This document shows, in pieces, positions 50,101 to 64,000 of a stretch of DNA of 64,000 nt. This DNA comes from Eledone cirrhosa (Eukaryota), in contig OZ024741.1 of the NCBI GenBank assembly GCA_964016885.1, positions 84,754,001 through 84,818,000 of the forward strand, in the 5' to 3' direction. Within the stretch, counting starts at the first letter, position 1; the number at the start of each line of letters is the position of its first letter. A program made the translations under genes and the position numbers. A model generated the notes under the pieces. The model ran no database searches. It saw only the letters and a list, made by a program, of their open reading frames with translations, and was not told the origin of the DNA.

Positions 50101-53100
50101 TTACATAAAGTAGACATTAAGGACAGTACAGGAAAATACAGGGCAGTACAAATGGGCATTTCTGCGTGTAAAAAAAACAAGAAACAGAGGATGTAATAAT
50201 AGAACAATAAAAACATTCCCCAATAGGGGGGAGACTTCCGAGGGACATTCGTGGATAAAGCCCATTAAAAAGCCACAGTGACCCTGACCACCAGGGCAAG
50301 TGCCCTCTCCCAGTTTTCCACCTTTAATTTTCAGACACATACTCAGAGTAGGCCCATTCACTCGGGCCATTCTTGCCTCTCTCACCCATCTTTCAACAAA
50401 ATGCTGGGAAGAGAGCACTCCCATTTCTACCCTGATTTTCCTTTTCAAATGAAATTTGAAAGAGTTAATCAGGGCATCACCGAAGAGGTAAGTGCTCGTC
50501 TTCAGCCCTTTCAAACGTGTCCACCATACTATCTCTTTCGCCATGGCCACCAGACAGATAAAAACTTCCTGCCCTTCCCGGCTAAAGGAAGAGGGCGGGA
50601 CAATCCTCACGATGGACTCAGCTGATAGCTGGATCCGTCCCACACACGACAGCAGGTGTTCGACATAAACCCACAAGTCAGCAATGCTCGGACACTGGAC
50701 GAGTGCGTGCAGGACGGTTTTGTCGCCCTGCGCGCATCTCGGACATGCCCGGCTGACGGCACCTGTAGAGTTTATCCCGAACTGGCAAAGCTCCTCGGTA
50801 GCACTGCCAGGCCAGGGTTTCTGGAAGTTGTCCATAGGCCCCGGCCCGAAAGTTCTTCCGAAGAGATTGACTAGTTGATTTTCGTCGACGCCTAGAGTTT
50901 CCCCAAGTACGTCGTCGCTCTTCCCCTCCACTAATCCTCTATAGAAAGCCAAGGTGGAGTTTCCACCGATCACATTGTCCGATTGGTCGACGGCTCTGAC
51001 GCCTGAAGACATTCCAGTCTCCAAGCGCTCCCTCTCGGTCTTCGCTTGACCCAGGACCGCAGCTCCGTCAAGGAGACAAGCTGGGGAAAGCCGCGTCTAG
51101 CAAACGGAGACCACCCTGCTCGTCACCTCGTCCCACTTTTTGTCCGTCTGGAGATCCGGACCGAACCAGACCCCGAGCAATTTAACTGGTCCGTCCGTCC
51201 AGCGCCCGACGACGCTGTTGGACGGCATGGACCTGCCTCTCCAGGTGCCGAGCTGCAGGCCCACTGACTTTTCCAGGTTGATCATTGCTCCTGTCACCGC
51301 TTCGTATTCTTTTAGTGTAGTGCCGATCGCCTCGATGTGTTTGGCGTTCGACACGACTACGGTGACATTGTCCACATATGCTGACACGGATCTTCCGCAT
51401 CCTAGTTCGCGCGGTACCCCCCTCAACGGCTCCAGTTTGTGCAGTAATGGCTCGAGAGTCAATACGTACAAGAGGGGCGAGAGGGGACATCCTTGGCGAA
51501 CCTAGCGCATGATGTTGAACGGTTCCGAAAGGTGACCGTTCACTCTCACCACAGAGCAGATGTCGCTGTGCATGGCAGCGATCCAGCCTCTGAAGACGGG
51601 CCGAAAGCCAGCCGCCCTCAGGACTGCCGCTAGATAACGATGGTCGACCCTATCGAAAGCTTTCGACTGATCTAAATTGATCAAGGAACCACCCGTGCCA
51701 GGTTCCCTAGCTACCCTCTCTACGATGTATAGAATGAGGTGGGGGTTGTCGTGGATGGATCTGTCGGGAATGGCGCATGTCTGCGCTTCTCCCACCAGAC
51801 CACCAACGACAAGCGCCAACCTCTTTGCTAGCACCTTGGCCAAAATCTTGAGTCTGTGTTTAGCAGAGTTATGGGACTAAAATTATCTATGTTATCCCCC
51901 TTGTTCGGATCCTTTCTCAGCAGCGCCACAGCTCCTCGGCTCACAGAGCTGGGAATTCTCCCGTTCTGTTGCCAGTTGCAGTAGACGTCCGCCAAGAGGC
52001 CTCCGAACAAAGTCTGGCATCTGTACGTAAAGTTCATAGAGCAGGCATCCAAACCAGGCGATTTACCCCTTGTGCAGCTAGTCATTGCCTCCCGTACTTC
52101 AGCGGCTGTTATCGGCTTTTCGCAACACTCCGCCTCAGTGGCCGAGAGCCGCGGCAGTCCGTCGAGGTAGACACTAAAGTCCATCCCTCAATTCGGCTCG
52201 CCGCTGCCCCCGAACAGCTGAGCGAAGTGTCGCTGAAAAGCTTCACACATTTGCCCGGGATCGAGTAGCATGCGCCCATCGTGGTCCACCAAAGACCGGA
52301 TCGTGGCTTTGTTGCCACGACGCGCCTCCACCACTCGGGCCCATTGAACGGCTTTCGTTCCCTCGTGTCTGAGAGCACGCACCCTAGCTCTGACAACGAA
52401 GCCTTCGTGCTTTGTATTGAAGAATTGGTCAAGGGCCAATTTCGCCGCAAGTATGTCGGTCGCGATGCCTTTGCTAAGCGCCTCGTCTAATTTTCTAACT
52501 AATTCTCCCTCTGCTCTATTTTTCTCTATTCCTAAAGCCTTACTAAACCTAATGGACTCTATTCTAATTGCTCTTTTCAGAGCAAACCACGACTTGTTGT
52601 TGACGATGGCCCCCGTCAACGCCCGCTTAACTAGTTCGCTAATCTGGTCTCTGTAGGCCTTGCGCGCTGGTAAGGACGCGTTTAGCTTCCAGTAGACGGG
52701 TCCTCGTCTATGAAGCCTATCTAAGTCAAGCACACAGATCACGAATTTGTGGTCCGCGTAGCTGACTATCTTGAATTGTGGACAGCCTATGTTAGACCTA
52801 TCTATTTCCCTACAAAATACTCTATCTAGATATGATCTGGATGACCCTATGCGATTTGTCCAAGTCCACATTGGCCCATTTGGGAAATCCAATCGGTACC
52901 TGTCAGACAGTTCAAAACGCCTGAGCAGGTTGGTGAGGCTCTTGCACCCTCCTCCCCTATCCGCTAATCCCACACAGTCCCAGCATGCATCTAAGATCCC
53001 GTTCCAGTCGCCCACTAACACTAAAGAGCGGGACGCTCCAAGAAAGGTCTCCAGACGCCGGAAAAAATCAGGCCGCCCTGCTCCTGTCGGGGCATAGACG

Positions 53101-53429
53101 GCCACTAGCCTGAAAGCTTGCCCGTCTCCGCTGGTCACGTCTAGCACCACCAATTTACCTTCTGGGTCCAGGAAGATGGCCCGTATGGCGAGATCCAAAC
53201 CTCTCCGAAAAAGCACAGCAACTCCTTCCCCCGATCCCGGACGACTGGGAGATGCGTACACATCGTAGCCGCCGAAGATCGGTGCGAAGGCCCGTGCTTC
53301 GGAGATTCTGGTCTCGCTGACGACCACTACATCAATGTTTAGTGACCTGAGGTCGTTGAGCAGGTGGCCCTGCTTCCATGACGATCCCAAGCCACGCGCA
53401 TTTATGCTGCCTATTCTGAGTGAGTTCAT
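50101..53429 (-). pseudogene. LINE ORF2 (APE + RT + C-terminal Cys motif), frameshifted
   Basis: SINARGL, VSET, VYAP, VGDWN, SYLDR and ADH (APE); KSPGLD, LDQSKAFDRVDH, SAYVDNVTV, CPRC..HALVQC. Confidence 0.9.
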
Positions 53430-53982
53430 GTTGAAATGGAGTGGAAAAGATGGGAAAGACCACTTACCTTACTTCTCGTAGAGGAAGGATGGTTTGTCCA
53501 TCTTTTTCACTGCTTGTGGCCTCCTCCGGAAGGATGTCATTATAAATCCTCCTGGAGAGTGTTTGTCGGAAGTCTCCGATGTCTTTGGGGAATTTTTGTT
53601 TTAGTGTCGTGTACGTTTTCTGTGTGATGCGAGTGATTTGTATGTGTGGAGGTGGTGTGAACTTTTGGGTTGTTGTGTAGTCTTTTTCTGTGATGCTGGT
53701 GTTCTGTTGCATGTAGTGTAATAATTGGTTGTTGTTCAAATTTAATGCTGTGTAGTGTGTATCGTTTTGGTTGTTTTGTTTTGTTTGCTTTTGTTGTGGG
53801 TTTGTTTCTGTTACGCTTTTTGGTGACTTTTGTGGTGTTGGGGTTAATGATGGCGTTGGTGTTTGTGGTGATGGGGTTGGTGATGCTGGTGTGGATGGTG
53901 GCATATCTGTCTTAACTTTCTTGTTCGATAATTTATTTGTTTCCCTCTGTATTTTGTTTTTTGAGGGGGAAGGAAGAGAATT

Positions 53983-54789
53983 TTATCTTTTTTGGTATCT
54001 TTTTTCCTGATACCGTTTTGGTTTCTTTTTTCCTGATACCGTTTCCCACACCTCGTCATCACAATCTGTCTCCAGTTGCGATAAGCCGGGGAGTGGAAAA
54101 TCCTCCACAGGCGTTGGTTTTGGTTGTGGCGTTGTGGATGGTGTAGGCGCTGGTGCTAGTTCTGTGGCGTTGGGTGGTGGTGGTGTTGGTTTTGCTACTG
54201 TTGCTGGGGTTGTTGCTGTTACAGTTGCTTCTGTTGTTGCTGCTACAGTTGTTGCTGCTATTTCTGCTGCTGGTGGTGTTGATGGTTGAGTCACTGGTGT
54301 GGGTAAGAGAGGTGGCCTCAACCTTTTAGCCTCAGGGCAGAAAGCCCTTAGGTGGGTTCCTTCACCACAAACGACACACCTAGGTCTTCTGCCCTCGACG
54401 ATTACGGTGAGGTGGCTGCCGTCAGTGAGGTCTATTACCTCTGGGATCTCTTCAATGCTTTTATGGTCCGCTTGGATCAGGAGCTCCATCCCAGATCCGG
54501 ACCAGTTCTCCTGCTTTTCTTTTGCTATTTCTATTATTTTGGTGTTGGCCTCGATGCCGGCGAGGACGGCAGCCATTAGCCAGGGAATTTCGATGGCCGG
54601 TGGAACGTGGGTCACCCTGATCTTCACAAGTCTCTGGCCACAGTAGCTTGGGATGAGTGTGAAGTCGTCACTTCTTAATGGGGCCATGGAGTGTTCTCTG
54701 GCCTCCTGTGGTGTTTCAAAGAACACGTCCACGATTCCATACATCTGCCCACGTCTGATGTGGGTTTTCTTTGCCCACACATGTCCCAA
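53983..54789 (-). pseudogene. LINE ORF1 (gag-like) fragment
   Basis: EGRRPRCVVCGEGTHLRAFCP CCHC knuckle, upstream of APE. Confidence 0.8.
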
Positions 54790-56419
54790 AGATTTTGGAT
54801 TTGGGACTCAGATGGCCGTTCCACTCGGCGCGATTTTATGTTTATTGTCCGATAAGACACGGTGCATAGGCGACGTTGCTCCATTTTATTAGGTGTGTAT
54901 GCGGGGGGTGAGGCTGACCCTGTACCCATCTTTCTTTACCATTCCTTTGGCTTCGTCTAATTCTTCCTGAGTTACCTGGATCGCTTCGCACGTTTTTGCT
55001 ACTCTGGCAAAACTCAGGGTAGTTTTCTTAATTTCATTGTTGCTGTTGTTATTATCGTATTTTTGCTATTGTTAATTTTAGTTTCAGTTGTGGTGGTGGT
55101 GGCGTCAGTGGTGTTCGGTGTGGAAGAGTTCATTTTGGTTGAATTCATTTCGATATCATGAGTTAATTTATTTTTTTATTTTGTTTCTGTTGTCGCTGTG
55201 GTGGTGGTGGGGGTGGTGGTTGTCGCGGTGGTGGGGTGGTGGTGGCGGCTTTAACACCTGCAGTCATTGGTAATGGCGGGAAATGAACGTCTGCCTGAGA
55301 CAAATTTAAAATATTGCTACTGCTTACAATTCCAGTGTTGGCAAACGTAGTAATATTTACAATGGTGGTGTCGGTGTGAGGTGTTGGATTGTGAGGAAAG
55401 AGTGACTCTGAGTATCCATTATTTTTCAAAGAAAAATTTTTGTTTGATAATTATAAAAAGTTTAAATTTTGGGCTCAAGGCCCCAATATTTTTGAGTGTC
55501 CTTTTCAGAAATCAATGTATGTGCACTTATGTAGAGTTAACAATAAACATTTTCCACGAATGGCAATTTTAAATAACTGAAAATAACAAACCTTTGCGGA
55601 GCTCACGATGATACGATTTACTACGTAAAGCATCCGGCTTGAGCCCCAAAAAAATTCGGACCCAAAATATATTGTTATAAGGCTCAAATATTCAAATATT
55701 CAACTTTGTATTGTACATTGTATATTCAAAAAAGAAAATGGCTATAAATGGAAGAAGACCCCCCCCCTCCTCTGTCTACGCTATATAGAACAGCCAAACA
55801 ACACCAGAAACTAGATACAACACCTACCCCATCACCTCTCTGTGTACACTAAACACAACAGCCAGATAACGGCAATTTCACCACCACCACTCACTACTGC
55901 CATCATTACCACCACTCCTTCATTGCTGCCACCGCTACAACACCATCGCTACAGTAATACGATCACCACTGCCTCGGTATCGACATCACCACCACCACTG
56001 TCTCAGTATCGATACCGTCGCTACTGTCTCCCACATCTCCCCGCCGCCACCACTCCTTCAATGCTACCACCACTATTCCCCTGTTAACTTGAGAGAGAAA
56101 GGGGAAGGTGGCGGTATCACTAGACAAGGGAGAGGCTAGCAAAAGATATAAATAGATTGACTTAGTGACCTGGCCACATCAACAATTATGGGACAGCTGG
56201 CTCACCCCTTCCCCACCAACAATATAAAAAGCCCCGGCACCACCACCGACATAGCCAACAACAATAACAGCCAACCACAACAAAAAGTATATTATATTAT
56301 TGTAATGCACTGGGTGATTGCTGGCCTTGTGCCTGGAGTGGAGACAATTATTAATAATTTCATTCTTAAGCCACGCAATGCTCACATTAAGGAACCACTC
56401 ATGATAATAACAATTTAAA

Positions 56420-59400
56420 AAAACAACAAAAAGAAAACCCCGCGACCAAGAAATACCAGGATGGTGGCCGGCGGGGAATAGCCGTGTCTCTAGGGGAGAA
56501 CTACCCCTCTAGTCTTGGTTGACACTCGTTCTAGAAGTGGTAACACGAAATGATTACCCCTTGGCGGATAAGGATAAAACGCGACAAAATAAAGTAAATG
56601 TCTAATGATAAAATCTCATACCGGATCGGCCGTCACCCGGGTAAAAAAGGACCGCGTCTCTCAGAGAGGAACCAGACTGGGGTCGAAAAATCAGCTAATC
56701 GTTCAAACCTTCCCATCACTTCGGAGCTGGAGACCTCCCATAACCGGAATACTCCTACTGTTGGCCCTCCATGCTCACCACCAAGAAATCCAAAGAAAAA
56801 GAGAGAAAAATGGTCAAGGGAAGATAATAAAGAAGTCCTTGAGGCTTTCTACACTGCCATGTACTACCCATCAAATACATCGAATACAGAACAGACATAT
56901 ATCAACTGGAAAAAGAAACATCCCGAAAACAGAGGTTATATTGACAGTAACAAACTAGCCAATATACGAAGAAATATTGTAAGAAAAAAGTTACTAACTG
57001 ATATAGAAATTGATCAGATCAAGCTATTAGCACAAAGTCAGCGAAGGGAAAATGAAACATGTTTCAGTGAAAACGAGGTAAACTGTAACACTTCGAATCC
57101 CAGAGTTGGGGCGGAATCACTGGCAACAGAAAAAATTAAAGAAAGGATCGAAAAAGTGGAGGGAGTGCATGCTCAGGATGAAACTCCAAATGAAAATAAT
57201 GAGATCGTAAATGATAAAGAAATGAATGAGAATGAACTTGCCAACTTGAAGGATGAAATTATGATCGAATGGATGAAAATGAAAGAATCTGACATGGGGC
57301 AACGAGACACCCTCCCTAAGATCCAGAACTCCAAACAGAACCAAAAGATAATACACAAGACTAACATAATTCTCAAAAACATTATCATCACAAACAAACT
57401 GAACATTACTGATTTAAATCATCTCTATTATGCATCGGCTAAAGTCACCACTCACTTATGTGGAGTGAAGATGAAAAAACAAAGGAATTCCCACAAGAAA
57501 TCTACATGGCAAGAGAACATCAATAGCCAAATAAACCTTCTCCGATCTGACATAGAAATTTTAACAAACTATAAAATAGGTGAACATGTTAAACAAACTA
57601 AACTTAGAAAATTGAAAAAAAAGTACAGTATAAAATCAACATGTGACATAGACATGCTGATAGAAATAATCAAGCAAAAAGTGTCGGCCAAAGCTGCTCG
57701 TATAAGGCGCTTTGAAAAACGATCTAGATTCTATAAGGACAATAATATGTTCAAAAACAACCAAAGAAACTTCTACAGAAAAATTGGTAAGTCAACAATA
57801 ATTGCTAAATCAATACCACCCAAGGAAGAAGTGCAAGAATTCTGGGAAAAGATCTGGGCCGAAGAAAAAGTTCATAACATACATGCCCCATGGATAGACA
57901 GACAAATGAAAGATACAGCTCACCTTGAGGAACAAACATGGGAAAATATAACAGTTGAACAGTTGCGCTTGGCTCTAAGAAAAACCAGCAAATAGAAATC
58001 CCCAGGAAAAGACAAAATACAAAACTTTTGGATAAATGCCTTCACAGAGTCTCATGAGCTGTTAGCCCAACTTTACAATGAAATAGTTAAGGAGCCAGAA
58101 AAGATACCTTCATGGCTAGTTAACGGCATTACATTCCTGCTTCCGAAGAATGATGAGACAAACAATCCCAAAAATTACAGACCGATAACTTGCTTGACCA
58201 CAATGTATACAATTTTAACATCAGTCCTAACTGAATACACATATGACCACCTGATAACAAATGACCTATTTCCCATTGAGCAGAAAGGGGGTAAACGAGG
58301 CTCATATGGCTGTAAGGATCAGCTTCTGGTTAACAAAATGATACTGGAAGATTGTCATAATAGACACAAAAATCTATCGATTGCTTGGATAGATTATAAA
58401 AAAGCATTTGATAGTTTGCCACACAGTTGGATTGAAAAATGTTTAGAGATTTTCAAAGTATCCCCCGTTGTCAGGAGGTTTTTGTCATTCAGTATGAAGA
58501 CATGGAAAACGACACTCCTTTTGAATAGTGAAACAAAATCACTGGAAGCTGGAGAAGTTAATATTAAGTGTGGAATTTTTCAGGGTGACTCTTTATCACC
58601 GCTTTTATTCTGCATCGCACTTATACCATTAAGTAAAATGCTCAATGAAACAAAACATGGATATAAAGTCTATGACAAAACCATTAATCACCTGTTCTAC
58701 ATGGATGACCTGAAACTATTTGCAAAAAATGATGAACAATTGCAAGGGGTATTATCCACTGTGAAGCAGTTCAGTGATGACATTAAAATGGAGTTTGGAC
58801 TAGATAGATGCGCCAAAGCAACGTTCACCAGAGGAAAGCTGCTGAAGAGTTCAGACATTAATCTTGATCGGGGGAACGTGATAAGAGAACTTGATCAAGA
58901 AAAAACTTACAAATATCTAGGTGTTTGTGAAGGAGACGGAATCAAGCACTCGACAATGAGGGAAAGGATAAGGAAGGAATGTTACCGCAGAGTGAGAGCA
59001 ATCTTAAAAACGGAATTGAATGCAAGGAATAGGATCGATGCCATAAACACGCTTGCCATACCAGTAGTAACCTACAGTTACAATGTCATCAACTGGTCAA
59101 GCACAGAGATCCGTAGGCTCGATACAAAATTTCGAAAATTCTTAACCATGCACAGAATGCATCACCCTAAAACAGATATAGATAGAATATATCTCCCTAG
59201 GAAAGAAGGAGGACGTGGGTTAATCCAGTTAGACATTGTGTTGAAAACTGCAACAATTGGATTATCTACATATCTAAGGGAATCACATGATTGGATGATC
59301 AAACTCGTTTTGAAACACGAAAGCATCAAAAGATCATATTCCATTACAAAAGATGCACAAAGATACAGTAATGGACTACAAATTTCAGAAGTCCCATTTA

Positions 59401-60420
59401 CTGCTGAAATGGAAAACACAGAAAAAGCAAAGCAGGTAAAAGTAACTGCAAAGAAAGAACTGCTACAGAAGCTGGCTAAGAAATGGCAAGAAAAGCCTCT
59501 GTATGGAAAATACCCAGAGCGAGCTAACAATCCTGATGTTGACAAAACTTTAACCCATCAGTGGTTGGCATCCTCTGGACTGAAATCGGAGACTGAAGGA
59601 CTGATTATATCAGCACAAGATCAGTGTCTGCCAACAAAAAATTACCAAGCCAACATAATAAAAAATGGGTGCAGCCCATTATGCCGTGTATGCAAAAAAC
59701 AACCAGAGACCATTGACCATATAATTTCAATGTGCAGTCCTATAGCTCCAACCGAATACCTAAACAGGCATGACAGAGCTGCACAATACATACATTGGAT
59801 AATGTGTAAGCATTTTGACCTGCCCCATCAAAAGAATTGGTGGGAGCATCAACCACCTCCCATACTTGAAAAAGATCACATCTCAATCTTGTGGAACTTT
59901 AGCATCCAAACAGACCGAAAAATAGATGCAAACAGATCTGATATAATATTGAAAGACTTTCAAAAGAGGGTATGCCTGCTAATTGATATGTCTGTTCCAA
60001 TAGACAAGAATGTATCTATAAAAACATTTGAAAAATTGAGCAAGTATAAGGACCTGGAGATAGAAATTGGAAAAATGTGGAAATTGAGAACTAAAACAAT
60101 ACCAGTGGTTGTAGGCGCTCTGGGAATGATACCTAAGGGGTCTAATGATTACATATTGCAAATCCCAGGAAACCCGCGTATAGGAGAAATACAAAAGATA
60201 GTACTAATGGGAACTGCCCATATACTAAGGAAGATTCTGTCAATATAAGTACATCACAAGTCTAAACACTAAAGATGTAGTGTGAATATGTATGTTCTTT
60301 CTTGAACATGGCGGACCTTGTTGTCTCTTGAGGTCACTGGTTGTGACTTGGTGATAACTCGTATGAACATAAAGCAAGATAAATGCAACTGTAATAATAA
60401 TAATAATAATATAATAATAA
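56420..60420 (+). mobile_element. Apparently full-length Dong/R4-type retrotransposon ending in (TAA)n
   Basis: Structured 5' UTR, single long frame, 3' UTR, then (TAA)n at 60392-60420. Confidence 0.88.
56598..60248 (+). pseudogene. RT/RLE polyprotein with one premature TAG at 57993
   Basis: ORFs 56598-57995 and 58194-60248 are in the same frame. TAG replaces W in SK*KSPGKD. Motifs IFQGDSLSP, YMDDLKL, CRVC..H..C, NRHD, RSDI..LIDM. Confidence 0.92.
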
Positions 60421-60982
60421 CAAACATTGGAAAATTAATAAAGAAAAGGAAACGAATGAAAACAAGCCAAAACGAAAATAAAATTGAAAGGGAAACCTTT
60501 AAAATAATTTGTTGGTAAATAAGAATACAAACGAAAGGCACAGAACTACAAGGTCTTCAGCCGTAGAGGTGAACTTCTGGCAGTTTTGAGCCATACCCAC
60601 GATATTGGTGGTCCACTCGGGATCACAGTGTCTGATACAAGCCAAAGACTAAACTTGTATACATAGAATTTAATGTGACGACTATTGGTCACTATAGCAA
60701 TGAAAGTCACGTGAGACTGGAACAAAAAAAAGAAAGAAAAAAAGGAATGAAAGGAAAGAAGAAGAAAGTAAGATATCCTGTTAAATAAGGCAAACCATTG
60801 AAATTATAGAGGGAGAAGAGAGAACACGTTCGTCACAGATTAGTAATAATAAACATAGAACAACTGACAAAGAAATGGCAACGAACGAAAACAAGGCAAA
60901 CCGAAAAAGAATGTTTGAAGGGGAAACCTTAAAGAATTTTTTTGAAAATAAAAATACAAACGAAAGACAGAACTCCAAGGTA

Positions 60983-61168
<186 letters not shown>

Positions 61169-62091
61169 TGTATTTATCTACCTATTTTGCTTTTTATATA
61201 TATATATATATATAAATTTTGAGTATATGTTGGTTGTTTACCGACACCTCAGTATGCAGATTGGAACACTCAACGAAGTGCGCAGGTTGGTTTGGTTACT
61301 CAGGAACATGTAGACACCTCAAGGCCGGATCTCCCTCAAGCTATATGGACAGTAACAACACCATAGGTTGGGAACACCCTTCAAGCCATAGGGACCCATC
61401 CGGGACGGGCTGACACCTAAGGGCCGGGAGCTTCCTCAAGATATACGGATACAAACAAAATATAGGGATGGGAACTTCCCTCTAGCTATAAGGATAGCAG
61501 CCCCACCATACCATTGCTTCGATCGACTCCATACCTATGCATATGTCTATACATGGATACTGTTATTTAAGATTGTACATGCACAGATACTTACATGTGT
61601 GTGTGAGGGTGGGTGGGTGTGCGTGGGCATGTGGGTGTATGTATGTATGTATGTGTACATGCGTGTATGCGGGTGTGTGTGTGGGGGTTTAGAATGTGTG
61701 TGTGTATGGGTGTGTAGTGGGGGGGGGGGTATGTGCATAGGGGATGAACCTGTGGCGATGCCTGTGCGTGTGTGCTTGGAACGATGTGAGTTGACAGACA
61801 CGCATATGAGCTCCATGCCAAAATGGGAACTGTAGTCCTCTGCATTTCCGGATTTCGACACTCCACCCTTGTCTCACTTGCTCTTAATACGCACCACACC
61901 ATAATAGTCTAAAGATTGATTCTGACACACCCTTTCTAATTTGGCCAACATCTTCCAAATCTTTCTAACTTTGAGATTGGTTATAACACACACATTTTAT
62001 TTGAATATCTTATTTTATTCTTTTATCATCTTATTCCTTCTACCATTTTATCATTTTTTTTGTTTACTTATTTGCTTATATTATTTTGTGA

Positions 62092-62268
62092 ATTGGCAGT
62101 ATCGGTAGAGGATCAGACGCCATGCTTTCTAGCATAGTTATGTCCCTTTATGATCTGAATTCAAATCCCGCCGAGGTTAACTTTGCATTTCATCCTTACG
62201 TGTTCGATAAAATAAAGTACCAGTAATCTACTGGTTAATTGCTGGCCTTGTGCCAAAAAGTAGAAACA
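62092..62268 (+). mobile_element. tRNA-derived SINE
   Basis: Reverse-complement match to 44668-44838. Confidence 0.78.
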
Positions 62269-62402
62269 ATTATTTTATCTTATTTTATTTTATTTTATTT
62301 TATTTTATTTTATTTTATTTTACTCTACTTTACTTTTTATTTCTTTATTTTATTCTTATTTTTTAGTCTTTTGCCATTTCATTTCATTCTATTGTTCTCT
62401 TC

Positions 62403-62436
<34 letters not shown>

Positions 62437-62924
62437 ATTTTTTATTTTTTATTTTTTATTTTTTATTTTTTACTTTCTTCATTGTATTGCCTTTTATTTC
62501 TTCATATGCTTGGCACACACACACACACACACCCACCACCCCGCCGCTACCACCACCACCACCACCACCACGAGAAATGGTGGCAGGATAGATACCAGCA
62601 AACACACAGATCCTTCTAAAATCAGCAGCAGCAGGACTTAAGCTGACCCCAGCACCAACACCACTACCAAAATAAGGGTAGAGATCAGATGTACTTAACA
62701 ATAACAAAAACAACCACTACAGATTGCCTCGCCTCAGAAAGAGTTTCTGTAGACTTTTGACTGATGAATGTTCTCACAATTGACCAATGGGTGAAGAGGA
62801 TGTCCTTGACGCCGAAATTCGTTTGTTTGAATTCATATGATTCCAGTTCCTCAGAGAAATAACAACCCAACCAGGAACTGGGCATATCCGGGTATGGGTA
62901 CTTGTCTCTACCACACTAATTTGG

Positions 62925-62979
62925 ACTGCCTGAAGAGGTCACAGCCAAAGATGGCTGTCACCGAAGTATATATAGCAGT
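62925..62979 (+). ncRNA. Type I HHR (GAAA changed to GAAG), related to 22488-22543
   Basis: actgc CTGAAGA ggtcacagcca-aaga-tggctgtcacc GAAG tatata TA gcagt, followed by aataaa and (TA)n. Confidence 0.68.
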
Positions 62980-63030
62980 AATAAACGAAGACAAATTTTA
63001 AATATTTGACTTATTTATTTTATTTTATTT

Positions 63031-63068
<38 letters not shown>

Positions 63069-64000
63069 TTTAATTCCTTTAAATCTTCATCAACACTCCT
63101 TCGCTTCCATCCTCATTAACACTCCCCAAACCCTCAGCCACACACAAATCTCTTATAAATAAAGTCACAATTTGCGACGCAAATTTAGTTCAGTTTGGCA
63201 ATCGCCACCGACGAATGGGAGAAGTTCTGCAGAAAGTTAACCAGCAATCTTAAAGAACTTCCCACCGACATTAACAAAGTACTTATCAGATCTACATAGC
63301 CAAATTGTAATACTGAAATATAAAATTAAATTGTTTATAACTACAAGTGAAGTCATTCTTTTTCTTTTTTCAAATGTATATTAACCCATACATTGACCTA
63401 GGCATCTTTTTATCGTTCTACGTTCTATTGAGACACCTATTCATGTATTTACTTTGTGTTTAATATATATTTTCAGTTCGAGTTGTTAATTTCTGTATAT
63501 ACAGAAAAGAAAAATACAAAAAAAAATACTTTAATATCAGAGGGGTAGCGATGTAAATGCAGCATTAATCCGGATCATAAGATTCCGGGTTTGATTCTAC
63601 TGCGTAACATTTTGGGTGAGCTTCATTTATCACAGACACAAATTAACTCAGCCTTTGCAAGCCTGTCAGATAAAATACCTTTAATTGAAAGGACCTGACA
63701 TGTCACCCTAGAAGATCAGACTTTTCTCACTGAGAATTATGTCAAGAGTGCATGTGTCTGTAAAATGCCCTACACTATAGTACAAAATGGACAGTATCTG
63801 CAATTTAAAGTACTAGCCTTGTCATAGACTGTACCATGCAGAATTTCCCTTGAAATTACGTATCTGTGGAATGCTCAGCCACCAGCACATTAATTTTACG
63901 CACATGGATCACATGATTGGAACAATCATCGTCAGAACTGAAAAGAGTGCCATTCCATGTTATTATCTGTGGTGGCCGTTAGTTAGATGTTGTGTGTTTT

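Larger units (their letters stand above)
50078..55640 (-). mobile_element. Near full-length Tx1/L1-clade LINE, disrupted, tail-to-tail with the Dong element
   Basis: ORF1 zinc knuckle, APE and RT in order; 3' end abuts the (TAA)n tract; 5' boundary approximate. Confidence 0.85.

Noticed and set aside
57993-57995. Programmed readthrough in the Dong-like ORF
   Set aside because: TAG replaces a conserved Trp (TGG) in WKSPG; simplest explanation is a point mutation
61313-61500. Diverged ~99-bp direct duplication
   Set aside because: Only two decayed copies, with no ribozyme or coding signal seen
62755-62830. CTGATGA..GAAA motif
   Set aside because: No convincing stem I or III

Overview
AT-rich eukaryotic (animal) genomic DNA with no recognisable host exon. 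The abundant tRNA-derived SINEs and dense (TA)n/(TG)n/(TAA)n microsatellites resemble octopus DNA (inference). Almost all identifiable content is retroelement-derived: Penelope-like elements (PLEs), including an intact Naiad-like RT+GIY-YIG ORF at 32080-34407 inside a 2.3-kb inverted duplication; two Dong/R4-type RLE LINEs and a Tx1/L1 LINE in (TAA)n tracts; and decayed CR1 and RTE LINEs. The main hidden signal is about 25 type-I hammerhead ribozyme (HHR) motifs, found by eye. Some lie in PLE pseudo-LTRs (pLTRs). Others lie in four non-coding, highly structured tandem-repeat families (about 318, 419, 466 and 477 nt) that look like retrozymes (putative circular RNAs). These sit in (TA)n tracts, and eight insertions form head-to-head fold-backs of the same polarity. 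One retrozyme-like copy is fused by microhomology to a PLE 3' end. Boundaries are approximate and no searches or folding programs were run.
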